A stretch of DNA of 64,000 nucleotides. Origin: Salinivirgaceae bacterium (GTDB lineage Bacteria > Bacteroidota > Bacteroidia > Bacteroidales > SZUA-534). Below the pieces are notes generated by a model. The model searched no databases. It was not told where the DNA came from and was given only the letters and a program-made list of their open reading frames with translations. A program made the position numbers and the translations under genes. This document shows, piece after piece, positions 53,754 to 64,000 of the stretch (position 1 is the first letter of the stretch; each line of letters opens with the position of its first letter). The DNA is taken from positions 61,112 to 125,111 of the forward strand of contig JAKSOL010000008.1 in NCBI GenBank assembly GCA_024405635.1. Reading direction: 5' to 3'.

Positions 53754-54620
53754 ATGAGAAAAATACTCTCTATGGCGATTTTGGGCTTAGTAGCCCTAAA
53801 CGCACAAGCACAACAAGCAGTTGGCCGTCCAGAAAGCCTTGAACGCTTTAAGCATTCAACAACAATGGTTGTTTTGGAAAAGAACCCACTACTAATGTAC
53901 AACAAACAGATTAAAAAGACCGTTGAAAAGCATTGGGATATTAACCCATACGAGTTGGTTACTTTTTCGAGCAACGATTTTGAAACCGCTCGCAAAGACT
54001 CAACCAAAGCCTTTTTGATGAAACAAACCGTATACAACGAGAAAGATAAAACAAAATCAAAGTTTGATTACTTATGTGTTGAACTTGGTGGTAATTATAA
54101 ATTTATTGGACAAATGCCCGACATTGCATCAGTACCAATATGTTACACAGGCGTTGACGAAGAGTCTTATGGATACAAACTTGGAGTTCTTTGTCGCTTT
54201 TTGCAAAATCACATCAAACTTACAAGCGAACATCCTGAATTGAACTCAAAAAACATTTTGAAATACTATAACTCGCAAATGGCCGACATTCACGACAAAA
54301 CCTTGTATTTGATTGAAGATGAATTGGCTCCAAATCTTAGAAACGAAGCTAGCATCAAAGCCATTTACCCATACAAATTCAAATTAGTGAGCCGCGACGA
54401 AGTAAAACAAGCCATTGACGACCGTAATGAAGATGTTGTTCTATTGCACAAAGTAGGACCGTTGGGCACTCGCAAAAAAGAAGTTCGTTGCTACAAAGCC
54501 ATTATTGGAGCAGCAGACGCACGCTTATATTACTTTGGTTGGCACATGATTAGTGAAAAAGCTCCAGAGGGATTGCTTGATAAAGACCTAAAAAAAATGG
54601 CAAAGGCTAAAAAGAAATAA
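53754..54620 (+). CDS. Secreted hypothetical protein
   Basis: Signal peptide ending in AQA; 288-aa ORF; no motif recognised. Confidence 0.7.
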   Translation: MRKILSMAILGLVALNAQAQQAVGRPESLERFKHSTTMVVLEKNPLLMYNKQIKKTVEKHWDINPYELVTFSSNDFETARKDSTKAFLMKQTVYNEKDKTKSKFDYLCVELGGNYKFIGQMPDIASVPICYTGVDEESYGYKLGVLCRFLQNHIKLTSEHPELNSKNILKYYNSQMADIHDKTLYLIEDELAPNLRNEASIKAIYPYKFKLVSRDEVKQAIDDRNEDVVLLHKVGPLGTRKKEVRCYKAIIGAADARLYYFGWHMISEKAPEGLLDKDLKKMAKAKKK

Positions 54621-54670
54621 CCAACTAACTATTTTTTTAGTAAATTTGGGTAAATTTTAAGAACAAATAA

Positions 54671-55267
54671 ATGGACCTATTTGGAAATATGAGTGCTGAT
54701 ATAAATTTTATTAAATCCGTTCTTTCTTTGCACGACGAAATGGCAAGAAACGGATTCACACTAGTGTATGAAGGAGAGTTTAGTCACGAAGTTATGAAGA
54801 TGTTTACATCAATGGCTGAGCGTGACATGGACAAATCAAACGAAGACAAATCAGTAAAACGCAAAGTATTCCACGTAATGGTTGAATGCTTGCAAAACAT
54901 GACCAAGCACTCTGACGACGTTGACGTAAACGATGGAGTTGGCAATGGTTTGTTTATTGTTGGTAAGAAAAACGGTTTTTGGAACGTTATCACTGCTAAC
55001 AAAATTTTGAGCGAAAAGATTGATGGTTTGAAACAAGCTATTGATAATCTAAACTCACTCTCAAAAGACGATTTGAACTCACTTTATAAAAAACAAATTC
55101 GTGAAGGTTCGTTGTCTGAAAAAGGTGGCGCTGGTTTGGGATTGATTGATATCGCCCGCAAAACAGGTCGCAAATTGGAATACCAATTCTTGCCTCTTGA
55201 AAACGATCAAAAAAACCACTTCTTCCTTTTGAAAGTTGTTATTAACTCAAACCCCGACGAAGATTAA
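54671..55267 (+). CDS. siaB: SiaB-family (DUF6272) protein kinase
   Basis: LVYEGEFS, KVFHVMVECLQN..H, L..LYK, GGAGLGLIDIARK. Confidence 0.85.
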   Translation: MDLFGNMSADINFIKSVLSLHDEMARNGFTLVYEGEFSHEVMKMFTSMAERDMDKSNEDKSVKRKVFHVMVECLQNMTKHSDDVDVNDGVGNGLFIVGKKNGFWNVITANKILSEKIDGLKQAIDNLNSLSKDDLNSLYKKQIREGSLSEKGGAGLGLIDIARKTGRKLEYQFLPLENDQKNHFFLLKVVINSNPDED

Positions 55268-55289
55268 TATTATTGAAAATAAATTTAAC

Positions 55290-55327
55290 AAGAGGATATT
55301 CCTATAGGTTTATCCTCTTTGTTGTTT
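55290..55327 (+). terminator. Hairpin between siaB and the cyclase (weak terminator)
   Basis: AAGAGGATA...TATCCTCTT stem followed by TGTTGTTT. Confidence 0.5.
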
Positions 55328-55342
55328 ATATACTAACTAGAT

Positions 55343-57004
55343 TTGGTTATATACCTGCTTGTAATAGTCATAGTAGCACTACTAATAATTATTGGAGTGC
55401 TAGTTAGATTGTTGATGCGCAGCAACGCAACAACCAATTCATTACGCTCTGAAAACAAGCAACTTGATATAGCAAAACGCCAAGCTGACGGGGAACTTGA
55501 AGCAACTATAAAAGCCCTCAAAAAACAAGGATTGCGACTTACCGAAACTAACAAGAACTATCACCAGCTAGCTTCAGTTTCAAATAATTTAGAAGTTTCC
55601 ATACTTCTAGCCGATGTTGACGGCAATTTCTTTTGGTCAAATGTTGGCTTTACTAATCTCTACAAATGTTCATTTACTGAATTCTGCAACAATATTGCAG
55701 ACAACATTACTGCCTATGGACAGAAATTTGACATGTCAGACTATTTGGACAAAATGCTCAACCAACATCGAGCTATATCATTCACGTCAAAAATTACAAT
55801 GCCAATTGGCGACGACAAATGGTTTAGAACCATACTGCAACCCATAACTAACACATATAACAATAGCATAATATACGCCATTGTGCAAGAAGATGTGTCG
55901 GTGTTAAAAATGATAAACCACAAACTACAACGGTTATCAATGGTTGCAGCAAAATCAAACAACTCAATGCTAATTTTTAGCGCAAACGGCACACTTGAAT
56001 GGGTAAACGATGCCTTTCATCACATACATGGATTTACTCAAAGCGAATTCATGAAACAAGTTGGCGACAATTTAACCGACTACCTAAAATGGAGCCATAG
56101 CGAAATTATTGACTACAAATCAAAGCCTGCAATATCATTCATTGGTCCATTCTACACAAAAGACAATAACATTAAGTGGAAGAAAACGACCATTTCTGAA
56201 ATTAAAGACAAGAATAATAATGTAGCAAACTATGTTGCTATTGAAACCGATGTTACTGAACTAAAACAAGTTGAGCAACAACTTATTTCAGAGAAACAAA
56301 AATCAGAAGATTTACTACTCAACATACTGCCAAAAGAAACTGCCGATGAGTTAAAAAACAGAGGGTACGCTACCCCTCGTACTTACAAATATGTCAGCGT
56401 AATGTTTGCCGACATAAAAAACTTTACCCAATGGGCGCGCAAAGTAGAACCAAGAGATTTGATAAATACTTTACAAATGTTATTTACCGAATTTGATGAT
56501 ATTATTTCTCGAAACTACTTGGAAAAAATCAAAACCATTGGCGATGCTTATTTCTGCGCCGGAGGGCTTCCCATACACAACAAGAGCAACCCTTTTAACA
56601 TCATCATAGCGGCATTTGAGATTCAAAAAATAATGCATCAAGTTGAACAAGAAATATCAAAAGGAACTGGAATGCCATGGAAAATGCGAATAGGCATACA
56701 CACTGGCCCTGTAATAGCTGGAGTGGTTGGCAAACTACGAACCACCTACGATATTTGGGGCGACACAGTAAACACGGCTAATAGACTTGAAACTGCATGC
56801 GAACCTGATAAAATTAACATTTCAAAGGCAACCTACGATATTGTAAAAGAATACTTTGAATGCGAGTATCGTGGAAAAATAGAAGTAAAGCACATGGGTG
56901 AAATCGACATGTACTTTGTAAACCGAATAAAACCAGAATATTCTGCAGACGAAGAAGGAACTACGCCAAATGCTGAATTCAAAAAAATGCTTGTCACTCT
57001 TTAG
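55343..57004 (+). CDS. Membrane-anchored PAS-PAS class III adenylate cyclase
   Basis: N-terminal TM helix, two PAS-like repeats (W.N..F....G), LLLNILP, SVMFADI, KTIGDAY, RIGIHTG, YDIWGDTVNTANRLE; TTG start uncertain. Confidence 0.88.
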   Translation: MVIYLLVIVIVALLIIIGVLVRLLMRSNATTNSLRSENKQLDIAKRQADGELEATIKALKKQGLRLTETNKNYHQLASVSNNLEVSILLADVDGNFFWSNVGFTNLYKCSFTEFCNNIADNITAYGQKFDMSDYLDKMLNQHRAISFTSKITMPIGDDKWFRTILQPITNTYNNSIIYAIVQEDVSVLKMINHKLQRLSMVAAKSNNSMLIFSANGTLEWVNDAFHHIHGFTQSEFMKQVGDNLTDYLKWSHSEIIDYKSKPAISFIGPFYTKDNNIKWKKTTISEIKDKNNNVANYVAIETDVTELKQVEQQLISEKQKSEDLLLNILPKETADELKNRGYATPRTYKYVSVMFADIKNFTQWARKVEPRDLINTLQMLFTEFDDIISRNYLEKIKTIGDAYFCAGGLPIHNKSNPFNIIIAAFEIQKIMHQVEQEISKGTGMPWKMRIGIHTGPVIAGVVGKLRTTYDIWGDTVNTANRLETACEPDKINISKATYDIVKEYFECEYRGKIEVKHMGEIDMYFVNRIKPEYSADEEGTTPNAEFKKMLVTL

Positions 57005-58659
57005 CTTTGCATATTGAGCAAACTTCTAGCATTTTCAATTGCCTCTTTTGTAATATTTTCACCACTAACCATTCTTGCAATTTCAGCAATTCGGTCTTGG
57101 TCAGACAATCGCTCTACAAAACTGTATGTTTTATCTTTAATATCTCGTTTTGAAACTCGGTACTGAGCTTGACCTTTTGCGGCAATTTGCGGCAAATGGG
57201 TGATTGCAATAACTTGCATATGTTTTGACATTTGCCCCATTAATAATGCCATTTTGTGTGCAATATCACCTGAAACTCCAGTGTCTATTTCATCAAAAAT
57301 AATTGTTGGCAATTGCACCATTTCCGATAGAATTGTCTTTATACTCAGCATTAAACGACTTATTTCGCCTCCTGAAGCTATTTTATCAATACTTAACGGG
57401 GCATAACTCTTGTTGGCCGAAAACAAGAAACACACATCATCTAAACCAGTTTCGGTAAATGACGCTGTTGGTTCTACATTAACTATTAGTTGAGCATTAG
57501 GCATTCCTAAACCTGCCACAAGTTCAACAATACGAGCAGCCAAAGGTTTTGCAACCTTTTGGCGTCGCGAACTAATTTCAGTTGCTTGCTTTGTAAGCAA
57601 TTTTTCAGTATCAGAAAGTTTGTGCGAAAGGTTTTCAATCTGTTCTTCAAAGCTACCACAACTACCCACCTTTTGCTCATATTCATGCATCACTCTAACC
57701 AAATCGGAGCAATCGGATGCGTTATGCTTTTTCAGCAACGAATATAAAGTGTTTAGGGTATCATGTAATTCTGCAAGGCGCTCAGGGTTGTCGTCAATTG
57801 AGCCAAGATCTCTATTCATTTCATTTGCCATATCCTTTAACTCGATAATCAAAGGATCTAAACGATCAACATAATCGTTGGCCTTTGCAAAATATTGATG
57901 AGTTTGCAACAATGTTTGTTTCACTTGTTTAAGTTGCGAAAGCAAATTTTGTTCACCATCTGCAATCAAATCAACAACTGCTCCTATATTTTGCTGAATA
58001 TCTGCTGTATTTGATAATATTTGGTACTCATTTTCAATTTCAGTCTGGTCTATCTTTTCTGGAGCGAAATCTACCAACTGCCTATACTGAAACTGATTAT
58101 ATTCTAAATCTGCAGACGATTGAGATTCTAGTTTTTTTAGCTTCTCAAGTTCAAGTTGCAAGTTTTTGTATTCTTTGTAGGTTTGAGCATAATCAATTAA
58201 CAAATCGTCATTTTGCGCAACTGCATCAACAATACGCAACTGAAAACGATTGTTATTTAGTTCCAAATTCTCGTGTTGCGAGTGAATATCAATCAACAAT
58301 AAACCCAATTTTCGCAAATCAGCCAAACCTATTGGGGTGTCATTTACAAAGGCTCGCGATTTACCATTGCTCGATAATTCACGCCGAATTGTTGTTTCTT
58401 CGAAAAAATCAACGTCAATGCTATCAAATATTGGTTTCAGGTTTTTATTTACAATAAAGGAGGCTTCAACCACACACTTTTTATCTGGGTCATTTATCAC
58501 ACTTATATCGGCTCGACTGCCCAAAATAAGCGACATGGCTCCAAGCAAAATAGATTTTCCTGCGCCTGTTTCTCCTGTAAGTGTAGTAAACCCAAAGTCA
58601 AAATCGACAGTTAGTTCACTAATAAGAGCATAATTCTGAATGAAGATTTGCTTAATCAT
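57001..58659 (-). CDS. recN: DNA repair protein RecN
   Basis: TGETGAGKS, IHSQH, ASGGEISR, FDEIDTGVSG, ITHLPQIAA; ATG 58659. Confidence 0.96.
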   Translation of the reverse strand: MIKQIFIQNYALISELTVDFDFGFTTLTGETGAGKSILLGAMSLILGSRADISVINDPDKKCVVEASFIVNKNLKPIFDSIDVDFFEETTIRRELSSNGKSRAFVNDTPIGLADLRKLGLLLIDIHSQHENLELNNNRFQLRIVDAVAQNDDLLIDYAQTYKEYKNLQLELEKLKKLESQSSADLEYNQFQYRQLVDFAPEKIDQTEIENEYQILSNTADIQQNIGAVVDLIADGEQNLLSQLKQVKQTLLQTHQYFAKANDYVDRLDPLIIELKDMANEMNRDLGSIDDNPERLAELHDTLNTLYSLLKKHNASDCSDLVRVMHEYEQKVGSCGSFEEQIENLSHKLSDTEKLLTKQATEISSRRQKVAKPLAARIVELVAGLGMPNAQLIVNVEPTASFTETGLDDVCFLFSANKSYAPLSIDKIASGGEISRLMLSIKTILSEMVQLPTIIFDEIDTGVSGDIAHKMALLMGQMSKHMQVIAITHLPQIAAKGQAQYRVSKRDIKDKTYSFVERLSDQDRIAEIARMVSGENITKEAIENARSLLNMQS

Positions 58660-59296
58660 TGGTTGCCGAAAGAAAAACAAAAGGAACTACCCCAACTACC
58701 ATACCTAACACATTGCTAATAATGCGATGCCTACTAATTGCTGCTTGAACACCAGAAATATAATATGGATCGTTTGGTACATTATACTGCTCAATTATTT
58801 TTTCTTTACTTACAGAACTATTGGAAACCAAAACAAAATCGGCATAAGGTATTAATATTCCTAGATAGACACTTGCACAAGAGTTTCCCATATCAATATT
58901 GATTGGTGGCACTAACAATCCGCCTGCCATAGTTGCTGCGCCTAACGCAAAACTACCCCATCGCATTTTATAATGATAATAATCGGCTTTACCATTCAAA
59001 TAGCGCTCAAATTGTTCGGTATTTACTCCATATATAGAATCGGAATCTGAAAAGAACACATGCTTTCCACTTTGGTTAACAACAGAAAACACTTTATCAG
59101 AACGCTTAGTTTTATTCCGCCCTTTGTTATTTACAAAACTAACCAAAGTATCGCCCTTAGTATTAACTTGAACTTGGCTATTGTTCACCAAAAGTCGTTT
59201 CCCTTTCATTAAGAGCACAGTGTCCGTTTGCGCTTGTATATTATTAGCAATCAACAGAATAAAGCAAAATGCTAATATCGATTTAATCTTTTTCAT
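58652..59296 (-). CDS. Hypothetical exported/membrane protein
   Basis: Signal peptide ending in IQA-Q, C-terminal hydrophobic segments; overlaps the recN start. Confidence 0.7.
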   Translation of the reverse strand: MKKIKSILAFCFILLIANNIQAQTDTVLLMKGKRLLVNNSQVQVNTKGDTLVSFVNNKGRNKTKRSDKVFSVVNQSGKHVFFSDSDSIYGVNTEQFERYLNGKADYYHYKMRWGSFALGAATMAGGLLVPPINIDMGNSCASVYLGILIPYADFVLVSNSSVSKEKIIEQYNVPNDPYYISGVQAAISRHRIISNVLGMVVGVVPFVFLSATND

Positions 59297-59347
59297 AATA
59301 ATAAATCGGTTATTCTTTAAAACATCAAATTTAATATTTTTTAACTT

Positions 59348-60301
59348 TTATTGATTGAACAACCTACCTTGCCAAGTGTTTCTACGTTGAAGTTCTTTAT
59401 CAATTAAAGCAACTACCTCAAAGTTCTTCATTCTATTCCAATGCGGTGTAATTACCTTACTTGCTGGCGACACGCTAACAAATCGTTCGACAACAATTTC
59501 AGGATTAAGCAATTCAAGAAAATCGACAACAAAACTTACGTAGTTATGCATATCAAACGGAGTAACATAGTTTGGATTATTTGCATACCTATGAGCTAAA
59601 GTTGTACCTTCAATAACTTGCAACTGATGCAATTTTATAGTTTTTAGCGTTGTGGCAGACACCGCAGAAGCATGTTCCAACATTGTTTCACGAGTTTCTG
59701 ATGGCAAACCAAGAATAAGATGCCCTCCTGTTTCAATGCCATATTTATCACAAAGTTCAATTGAAGCAAGAGAATCTTGCCAAGTGTGATGACGATTTAT
59801 TTCAACAAGAGTGTTATTACTAGTACTTTCGATACCAAACTCAACCACTACTGGCACAATTCTATTTATTTCAGCCAGCATTTGTACAAGTTCCTCGTCA
59901 ATGCAGTCGGGGCGTGTTCCAATAATTATCGCCACCATTCCGCAATCAATGGCTTGCATATACGACTTTCGAAGCTGTTGAATTGGTGCATATGTGTTAG
60001 TATAGCTTTGAAAATAAGCCATATAACTCATATTAGGATATTTGCGTGAGAAGAATTCACGACCACTTTTCAACTGCTTTTCTATACTATCAGAAGCATT
60101 ACAATAAGCAGGGGTAAAAGTGCTATTATCGCAATAGATGCAACCTCCTATACCTTTAGTTCCATCTCTATTTGGGCAAGATAAGCCTACATCAATAGAT
60201 ATTTTTTGAACTCTACCGCCAAATTTTTGCTTTATGTAAGAGGAATAATCGTTAAACCGACGGGAATGTCCCCACGGGAAAACACAATCAGCAGAAAGCA
60301 T
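59348..60301 (-). CDS. Radical SAM protein, TIGR01212/YhcC family
   Basis: CPNRDG..G.GGCIYC, YFQSYTNTY, GTRPDC, IKLHQL. Confidence 0.9.
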   Translation of the reverse strand: MLSADCVFPWGHSRRFNDYSSYIKQKFGGRVQKISIDVGLSCPNRDGTKGIGGCIYCDNSTFTPAYCNASDSIEKQLKSGREFFSRKYPNMSYMAYFQSYTNTYAPIQQLRKSYMQAIDCGMVAIIIGTRPDCIDEELVQMLAEINRIVPVVVEFGIESTSNNTLVEINRHHTWQDSLASIELCDKYGIETGGHLILGLPSETRETMLEHASAVSATTLKTIKLHQLQVIEGTTLAHRYANNPNYVTPFDMHNYVSFVVDFLELLNPEIVVERFVSVSPASKVITPHWNRMKNFEVVALIDKELQRRNTWQGRLFNQ

Positions 60302-61173
60302 TATTGTTGAATGAATTGGTAAGTAATTGTACCAACTTGAACAGCAGCTGCATTTGGATTTGAGTCAAACTTTGTCAACAAAGCAGCTTCCTTTGCTGCC
60401 TTATATAGAGTTTGATCAGTTGTAGTTGAGCCTGCCTTTCCTGGGGTTGCTTCAATAACATTTCCGTTGCGATCAACCTTAATTTCAACAACAACCTTAC
60501 CTTCGGCCTTACTCAAATAGTTTGGTTTAGGTGGCACAGAACCAAAACTACGACCAGTTAAATTAAAATTGATACCATTGCCAGCACCTCCACCAACACG
60601 GTTTGTAGAATTAACATCACCATTCGGTGAACCTTGGTTACCTTGATTACCAGTAACGCCCTCGCCAGTTTTTCCTCCGTTAACATTACGGCCAGCAAAA
60701 GCATTTTGAGCTTTTGATTGTTGCTGTGCTAGATATTGTTGTTCAGCAGCCTTTCGAGCCTCTTCTGCTTTTCTTTGTTCTTCTAGCTGTTTTAGCATAC
60801 GCTCCTCTTCAAGTTTGGCTTTTCGAACCTTTTCTTCTTCAGCTTTAATGCGCTTAGCTTCCTCTTTTTTAGCAATAGCAGCTGCTTCTTCAAAATCTTG
60901 GTTCATAACCTCCTCTTGACCTTCAGATGGCTGATTTGTTGTTGGTATTGGTTCCGATTTAGGCTGAGTTTGAGGCATTTGAGCCACTTCTTGGGGACGA
61001 GGTTCAACTTCTCCCATTCCTTGTTCCGAGTCGCCAAAGTTGATAAGAATGCCTTCTTCCTCAAAACGTTCGTCTTTTGAAATTTGCACAACAAAGAGAA
61101 TCATAAAGAAGATTCCCATAAACAAAGCGGTTGCGAGAGCCGACTTTCGCTGTTCAACTGTTGTGGATGGCAT
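60301..61173 (-). CDS. tonB: TonB/TolA-like energy transducer
   Basis: N-terminal TM helix, Pro/Glu and Ala/Lys/Glu linker, Gly-rich segment, C-terminal GKVVVEIKVDRNGNV...GTITYQF. Confidence 0.8.
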   Translation of the reverse strand: MPSTTVEQRKSALATALFMGIFFMILFVVQISKDERFEEEGILINFGDSEQGMGEVEPRPQEVAQMPQTQPKSEPIPTTNQPSEGQEEVMNQDFEEAAAIAKKEEAKRIKAEEEKVRKAKLEEERMLKQLEEQRKAEEARKAAEQQYLAQQQSKAQNAFAGRNVNGGKTGEGVTGNQGNQGSPNGDVNSTNRVGGGAGNGINFNLTGRSFGSVPPKPNYLSKAEGKVVVEIKVDRNGNVIEATPGKAGSTTTDQTLYKAAKEAALLTKFDSNPNAAAVQVGTITYQFIQQ

Positions 61174-61176
61174 AGA

Positions 61177-61590
61177 TTATTTTTTTACAGGGCGAGTGGC
61201 CAAAATAAGTTTATACTTATGATCTTTTGCAATATTCATAACCTTTACAACGTGCTCAACTGCAACACTTTGATCGGCATGCAATGAAATGGTTGGAGGT
61301 TCAGGGTAAGATTCAGAAGGGCCAACACGATTAACTAATGCTTGCTCAAGATTATCGTAGCTTACAAACTGGCCTTCAATAGCAAAGCGCAAATCTGCAG
61401 TTATTGACACAGTTGTGATAGGTTTTGAAGCCATTGTTTGGTTATTGCTTTGAGGCAACAATAACTTTAGCGCATTTGGCGCTATAAGCGTTGATGTAAT
61501 CATAAAGAATATGAGCAACAAGAAAACGAGGTCGCTCATTGACGACGACGAAAACTCGCTACTAATTCTTGAATGTCGTTTAAGTGCCAT
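61177..61590 (-). CDS. exbD: Biopolymer transport protein ExbD/TolR
   Basis: SSMSDLVFLLLIFFM, LHADQSV. Confidence 0.92.
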   Translation of the reverse strand: MALKRHSRISSEFSSSSMSDLVFLLLIFFMITSTLIAPNALKLLLPQSNNQTMASKPITTVSITADLRFAIEGQFVSYDNLEQALVNRVGPSESYPEPPTISLHADQSVAVEHVVKVMNIAKDHKYKLILATRPVKK

Positions 61591-61595
61591 TGCTA

Positions 61596-62294
61596 TTAAC
61601 TTACAGGTTCGTTAAGCAAATCCATAAACTCGGTTGTGCGAGCCTCCATTTTATTAACCACAGCTTCAACACGAGTTGCAAGATAGTTGTGTGCAAAATA
61701 TGCTATAACGCCAACAATAAGACCTCCTACTGTGGTTACCATAGCTACATATATACCTCCAGAAAGTGCTGAAATGTCAATATTATTACCTGCTTGCGAC
61801 ATGTTGTAAAAAGCTTGAACCATACCAGTAACAGTACCAAGGAAACCAATCATAGGAGCTCCACCTGATGATGTTGCTAGCCATGGCAAACCTTTTTCGA
61901 GTTTAGCAACCTCAATGTTACCCACATTTTCAATTGCGGTGTTAATATCACTCAATGGACGTCCCAATCGACTTATTCCTTTTTCAATCATTCGCGCAAT
62001 AGGATTATCTGTTGATTGGCACAACTCTTTAGCCGCATCAATTCTTCCCTCGTGAATATAATCTTTAATGCGATTCATAAAGTTTGCATCTTCTTTGCTA
62101 GCCTTATTAAGCACAAAAAGGCGTTCAAAGAATATATAAACAGTAAGTAAAAGCAACAGCAATAATGGTATCATAATAACACCACCTTTTACTGCCAAAT
62201 CGAAAACATTAAGTCCAGATGACGCTGCGGTTTCAGTTGCTTGTGCCGCAACTTCAGCAGTTTGAATTTGAAGTATTGCAAACATATTATTCAT
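61596..62294 (-). CDS. exbB: MotA/TolQ/ExbB proton channel protein
   Basis: APMIGFLGTVTGM, GGIYVAMVTTVGGL. Confidence 0.92.
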   Translation of the reverse strand: MNNMFAILQIQTAEVAAQATETAASSGLNVFDLAVKGGVIMIPLLLLLLLTVYIFFERLFVLNKASKEDANFMNRIKDYIHEGRIDAAKELCQSTDNPIARMIEKGISRLGRPLSDINTAIENVGNIEVAKLEKGLPWLATSSGGAPMIGFLGTVTGMVQAFYNMSQAGNNIDISALSGGIYVAMVTTVGGLIVGVIAYFAHNYLATRVEAVVNKMEARTTEFMDLLNEPVS

Positions 62295-62395
62295 TTTAAT
62301 GGGCGCGAATATAAGTAAAACGCAACATGGCTTTTCTTATTGTTTTTGTCTGTTTATTCACATTGTTATGTTGATGACTATCGCAATTGTAACAC

Positions 62396-62435
62396 AAAAA
62401 AAACGGAGATCAATAAAAATTGAAACTCCGTTTTT
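62396..62435 (-). terminator. Terminator after nhaD
   Basis: A8-CGGAG...CTCCG-T5. Confidence 0.65.
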
Positions 62436-62457
62436 AAGCTTTCATTATAGTATTTCT

Positions 62458-63831
62458 CTATCCGCAAATAATTGTTTCAAGATAATAAACACCTGCACCT
62501 GCCAAAAAACCAATCAAGGCCAACCAACTGATTTTTTTCAAATACCAGATAAAGTCAATTTTCTCCAAGCCCATTGCAGCAACGCCTGCAGCGGAGCCAA
62601 TAATTAGCACGCTACCACCAGTTCCTGCACAATATGCAAGCATTTCCCAAAATGTTCCATCTTGAGCAAAAACTGCAATTTCAGGATTGATTTCATACAT
62701 ACCCATTGCCCCTGCAACCAATGGCACATTGTCAACTATTGACGACAAAACGCCAATTGCGAGATTGATTACGTATATATTTTTATTTGTTACATTATCT
62801 AGCCACCCAGCAAATTGAGACAAATGACCAGCAGAAGATAGTGCACCAACAGCAATCAAAATACCCAAGAAAAACAAAATAGTTGTTGTATCAACATTTC
62901 GAAGAACATTAACAACTGACAAACGTTTACGAACTTCATGGTCTGTTTTACGTTTGCGCATCATTTCTGTAACACACCAAAGAACACCCAAACCAAACAA
63001 CATTCCCATATATGGAGGCAAGTGTGTTATGGTTTTGAACACAGGAACAAACAAAAGTGACAACACTCCAATAATAAGCATTAAAACTTGCTCTTTTGGA
63101 GTGGTAAGGTTTAATTCTGCTGCCTCAACGTGAACTGGACGAGAAACTTCACCTTTTAATGTAAATGACAAAATAACAAGAGGAACAACCAAAGTAACTA
63201 CGCTTGGAATAAAAATACCTTTGATAATGTTCAATGCCGATACTTGTCCACCAATCCACAACATAATGGTAGTTACATCGCCAATTGGAGACCAAGCGCC
63301 ACCAGCGTTGGCAGCAAGTACAACAACACTAGCATATATCCAACGAGTTTGCTGATCACTAATAAGTTTACGCAGAAGCGCTATCAAAACGATTGTTGAA
63401 GTAAGGTTATCAAGAGCTGCAGACATAAAGAAGGTTAGCAGACCAACAATCCACAACAATTTAACTTTATTTTTGGCTTTGATATGGCTTGTAATTATTC
63501 GGAAGCCATCGTAGCGATCAATCAATTCTACGATTGTCATTGCGCCCAACAAGAAGAATAGAGTTTCTGCAATCTCACCAAGATGCTCACTCAATTCTTT
63601 GATTATAAATCCATGAGCATCAGCATTTTCGCCATTAGCCTCAACCCATTCGTGCCAATTAGGTGCAAATTGAAAATCGGCAGGTGATGTTGCAAATAGA
63701 ATGTAAATAGACCAAGTTAAAACACCAATCAAAAGAGCTGGTGCTGCCTTGTTAATCTTAATAGGGTGCTCCATTGCAATGGCCAAGTAGCCAACCACGA
63801 ACACCACAACCATCAATTGAAAAAATAGCAT
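62458..63831 (-). CDS. nhaD: Na+/H+ antiporter NhaD
   Basis: INKAAPAL, FLLGAMTIVE, LDNLTS, ANAGGAWSPIGDVTT, VDNVP, GTGGS..IIGSAAGV. Confidence 0.92.
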   Translation of the reverse strand: MLFFQLMVVVFVVGYLAIAMEHPIKINKAAPALLIGVLTWSIYILFATSPADFQFAPNWHEWVEANGENADAHGFIIKELSEHLGEIAETLFFLLGAMTIVELIDRYDGFRIITSHIKAKNKVKLLWIVGLLTFFMSAALDNLTSTIVLIALLRKLISDQQTRWIYASVVVLAANAGGAWSPIGDVTTIMLWIGGQVSALNIIKGIFIPSVVTLVVPLVILSFTLKGEVSRPVHVEAAELNLTTPKEQVLMLIIGVLSLLFVPVFKTITHLPPYMGMLFGLGVLWCVTEMMRKRKTDHEVRKRLSVVNVLRNVDTTTILFFLGILIAVGALSSAGHLSQFAGWLDNVTNKNIYVINLAIGVLSSIVDNVPLVAGAMGMYEINPEIAVFAQDGTFWEMLAYCAGTGGSVLIIGSAAGVAAMGLEKIDFIWYLKKISWLALIGFLAGAGVYYLETIICG

Positions 63832-64000
63832 ATTGTAATAGTTTTAAGTGATTCATTTTTCAGGGCGCAAAAGTACTGCATATTATCATACAATCAACAA
63901 CCGTTTTGCCGATTTTAAATCCACTTCGCAACAATACAAAATACACTAACCCATTGTGCATTATTCAAAAAACTAAGGATTTTAAACTATTAATGTTTCT

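Noticed and set aside
50151-64000. Apparent drop in GC content as a sign of a foreign island
   Set aside because: The region is made of housekeeping genes and the shift looks gradual; I cannot quantify it without computation.

Overview
64 kb of chromosome from a Bacteroidales-type bacterium, inferred from TAnnTTTG sigma-A promoters, a T9SS type-B C-terminal domain, N-terminal lipoboxes and oadG-oadA-oadB. Core blocks: uvrD/pcrA (partial), tRNA-Leu-tig-clpP-clpX-pcm, metY-GNAT-cysK, xpt-pbuX, oadGAB, thrA-thrC, clade-X pfk, siaB plus a PAS adenylate cyclase, and nhaD / exbB-exbD-tonB-radical SAM-recN. The middle (about 20.9-32.6 kb) is a variable region. It holds an integrase-free type I restriction-modification cassette (hsdR-hsdM-rhuM-hsdS-DUF2971) that truncates a gene on each side: an ATPase preceded by a six-copy inverted-repeat operator array, and a beta-propeller lipoprotein. 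Next to it is a decaying tandem array built from a duplicated 90-bp upstream element, small Cys-containing secreted peptide genes and propeller lipoproteins. Other unannotated signals are a Thr-rich leader peptide before thrA, nested palindromes in and after rhuM, a structured hsdR leader, candidate operators before metY, and an esterase-GH43-CBM48-esterase fusion in a SusC/D-less CAZyme cluster. All family calls come from motif recognition by eye; no database searches were run.
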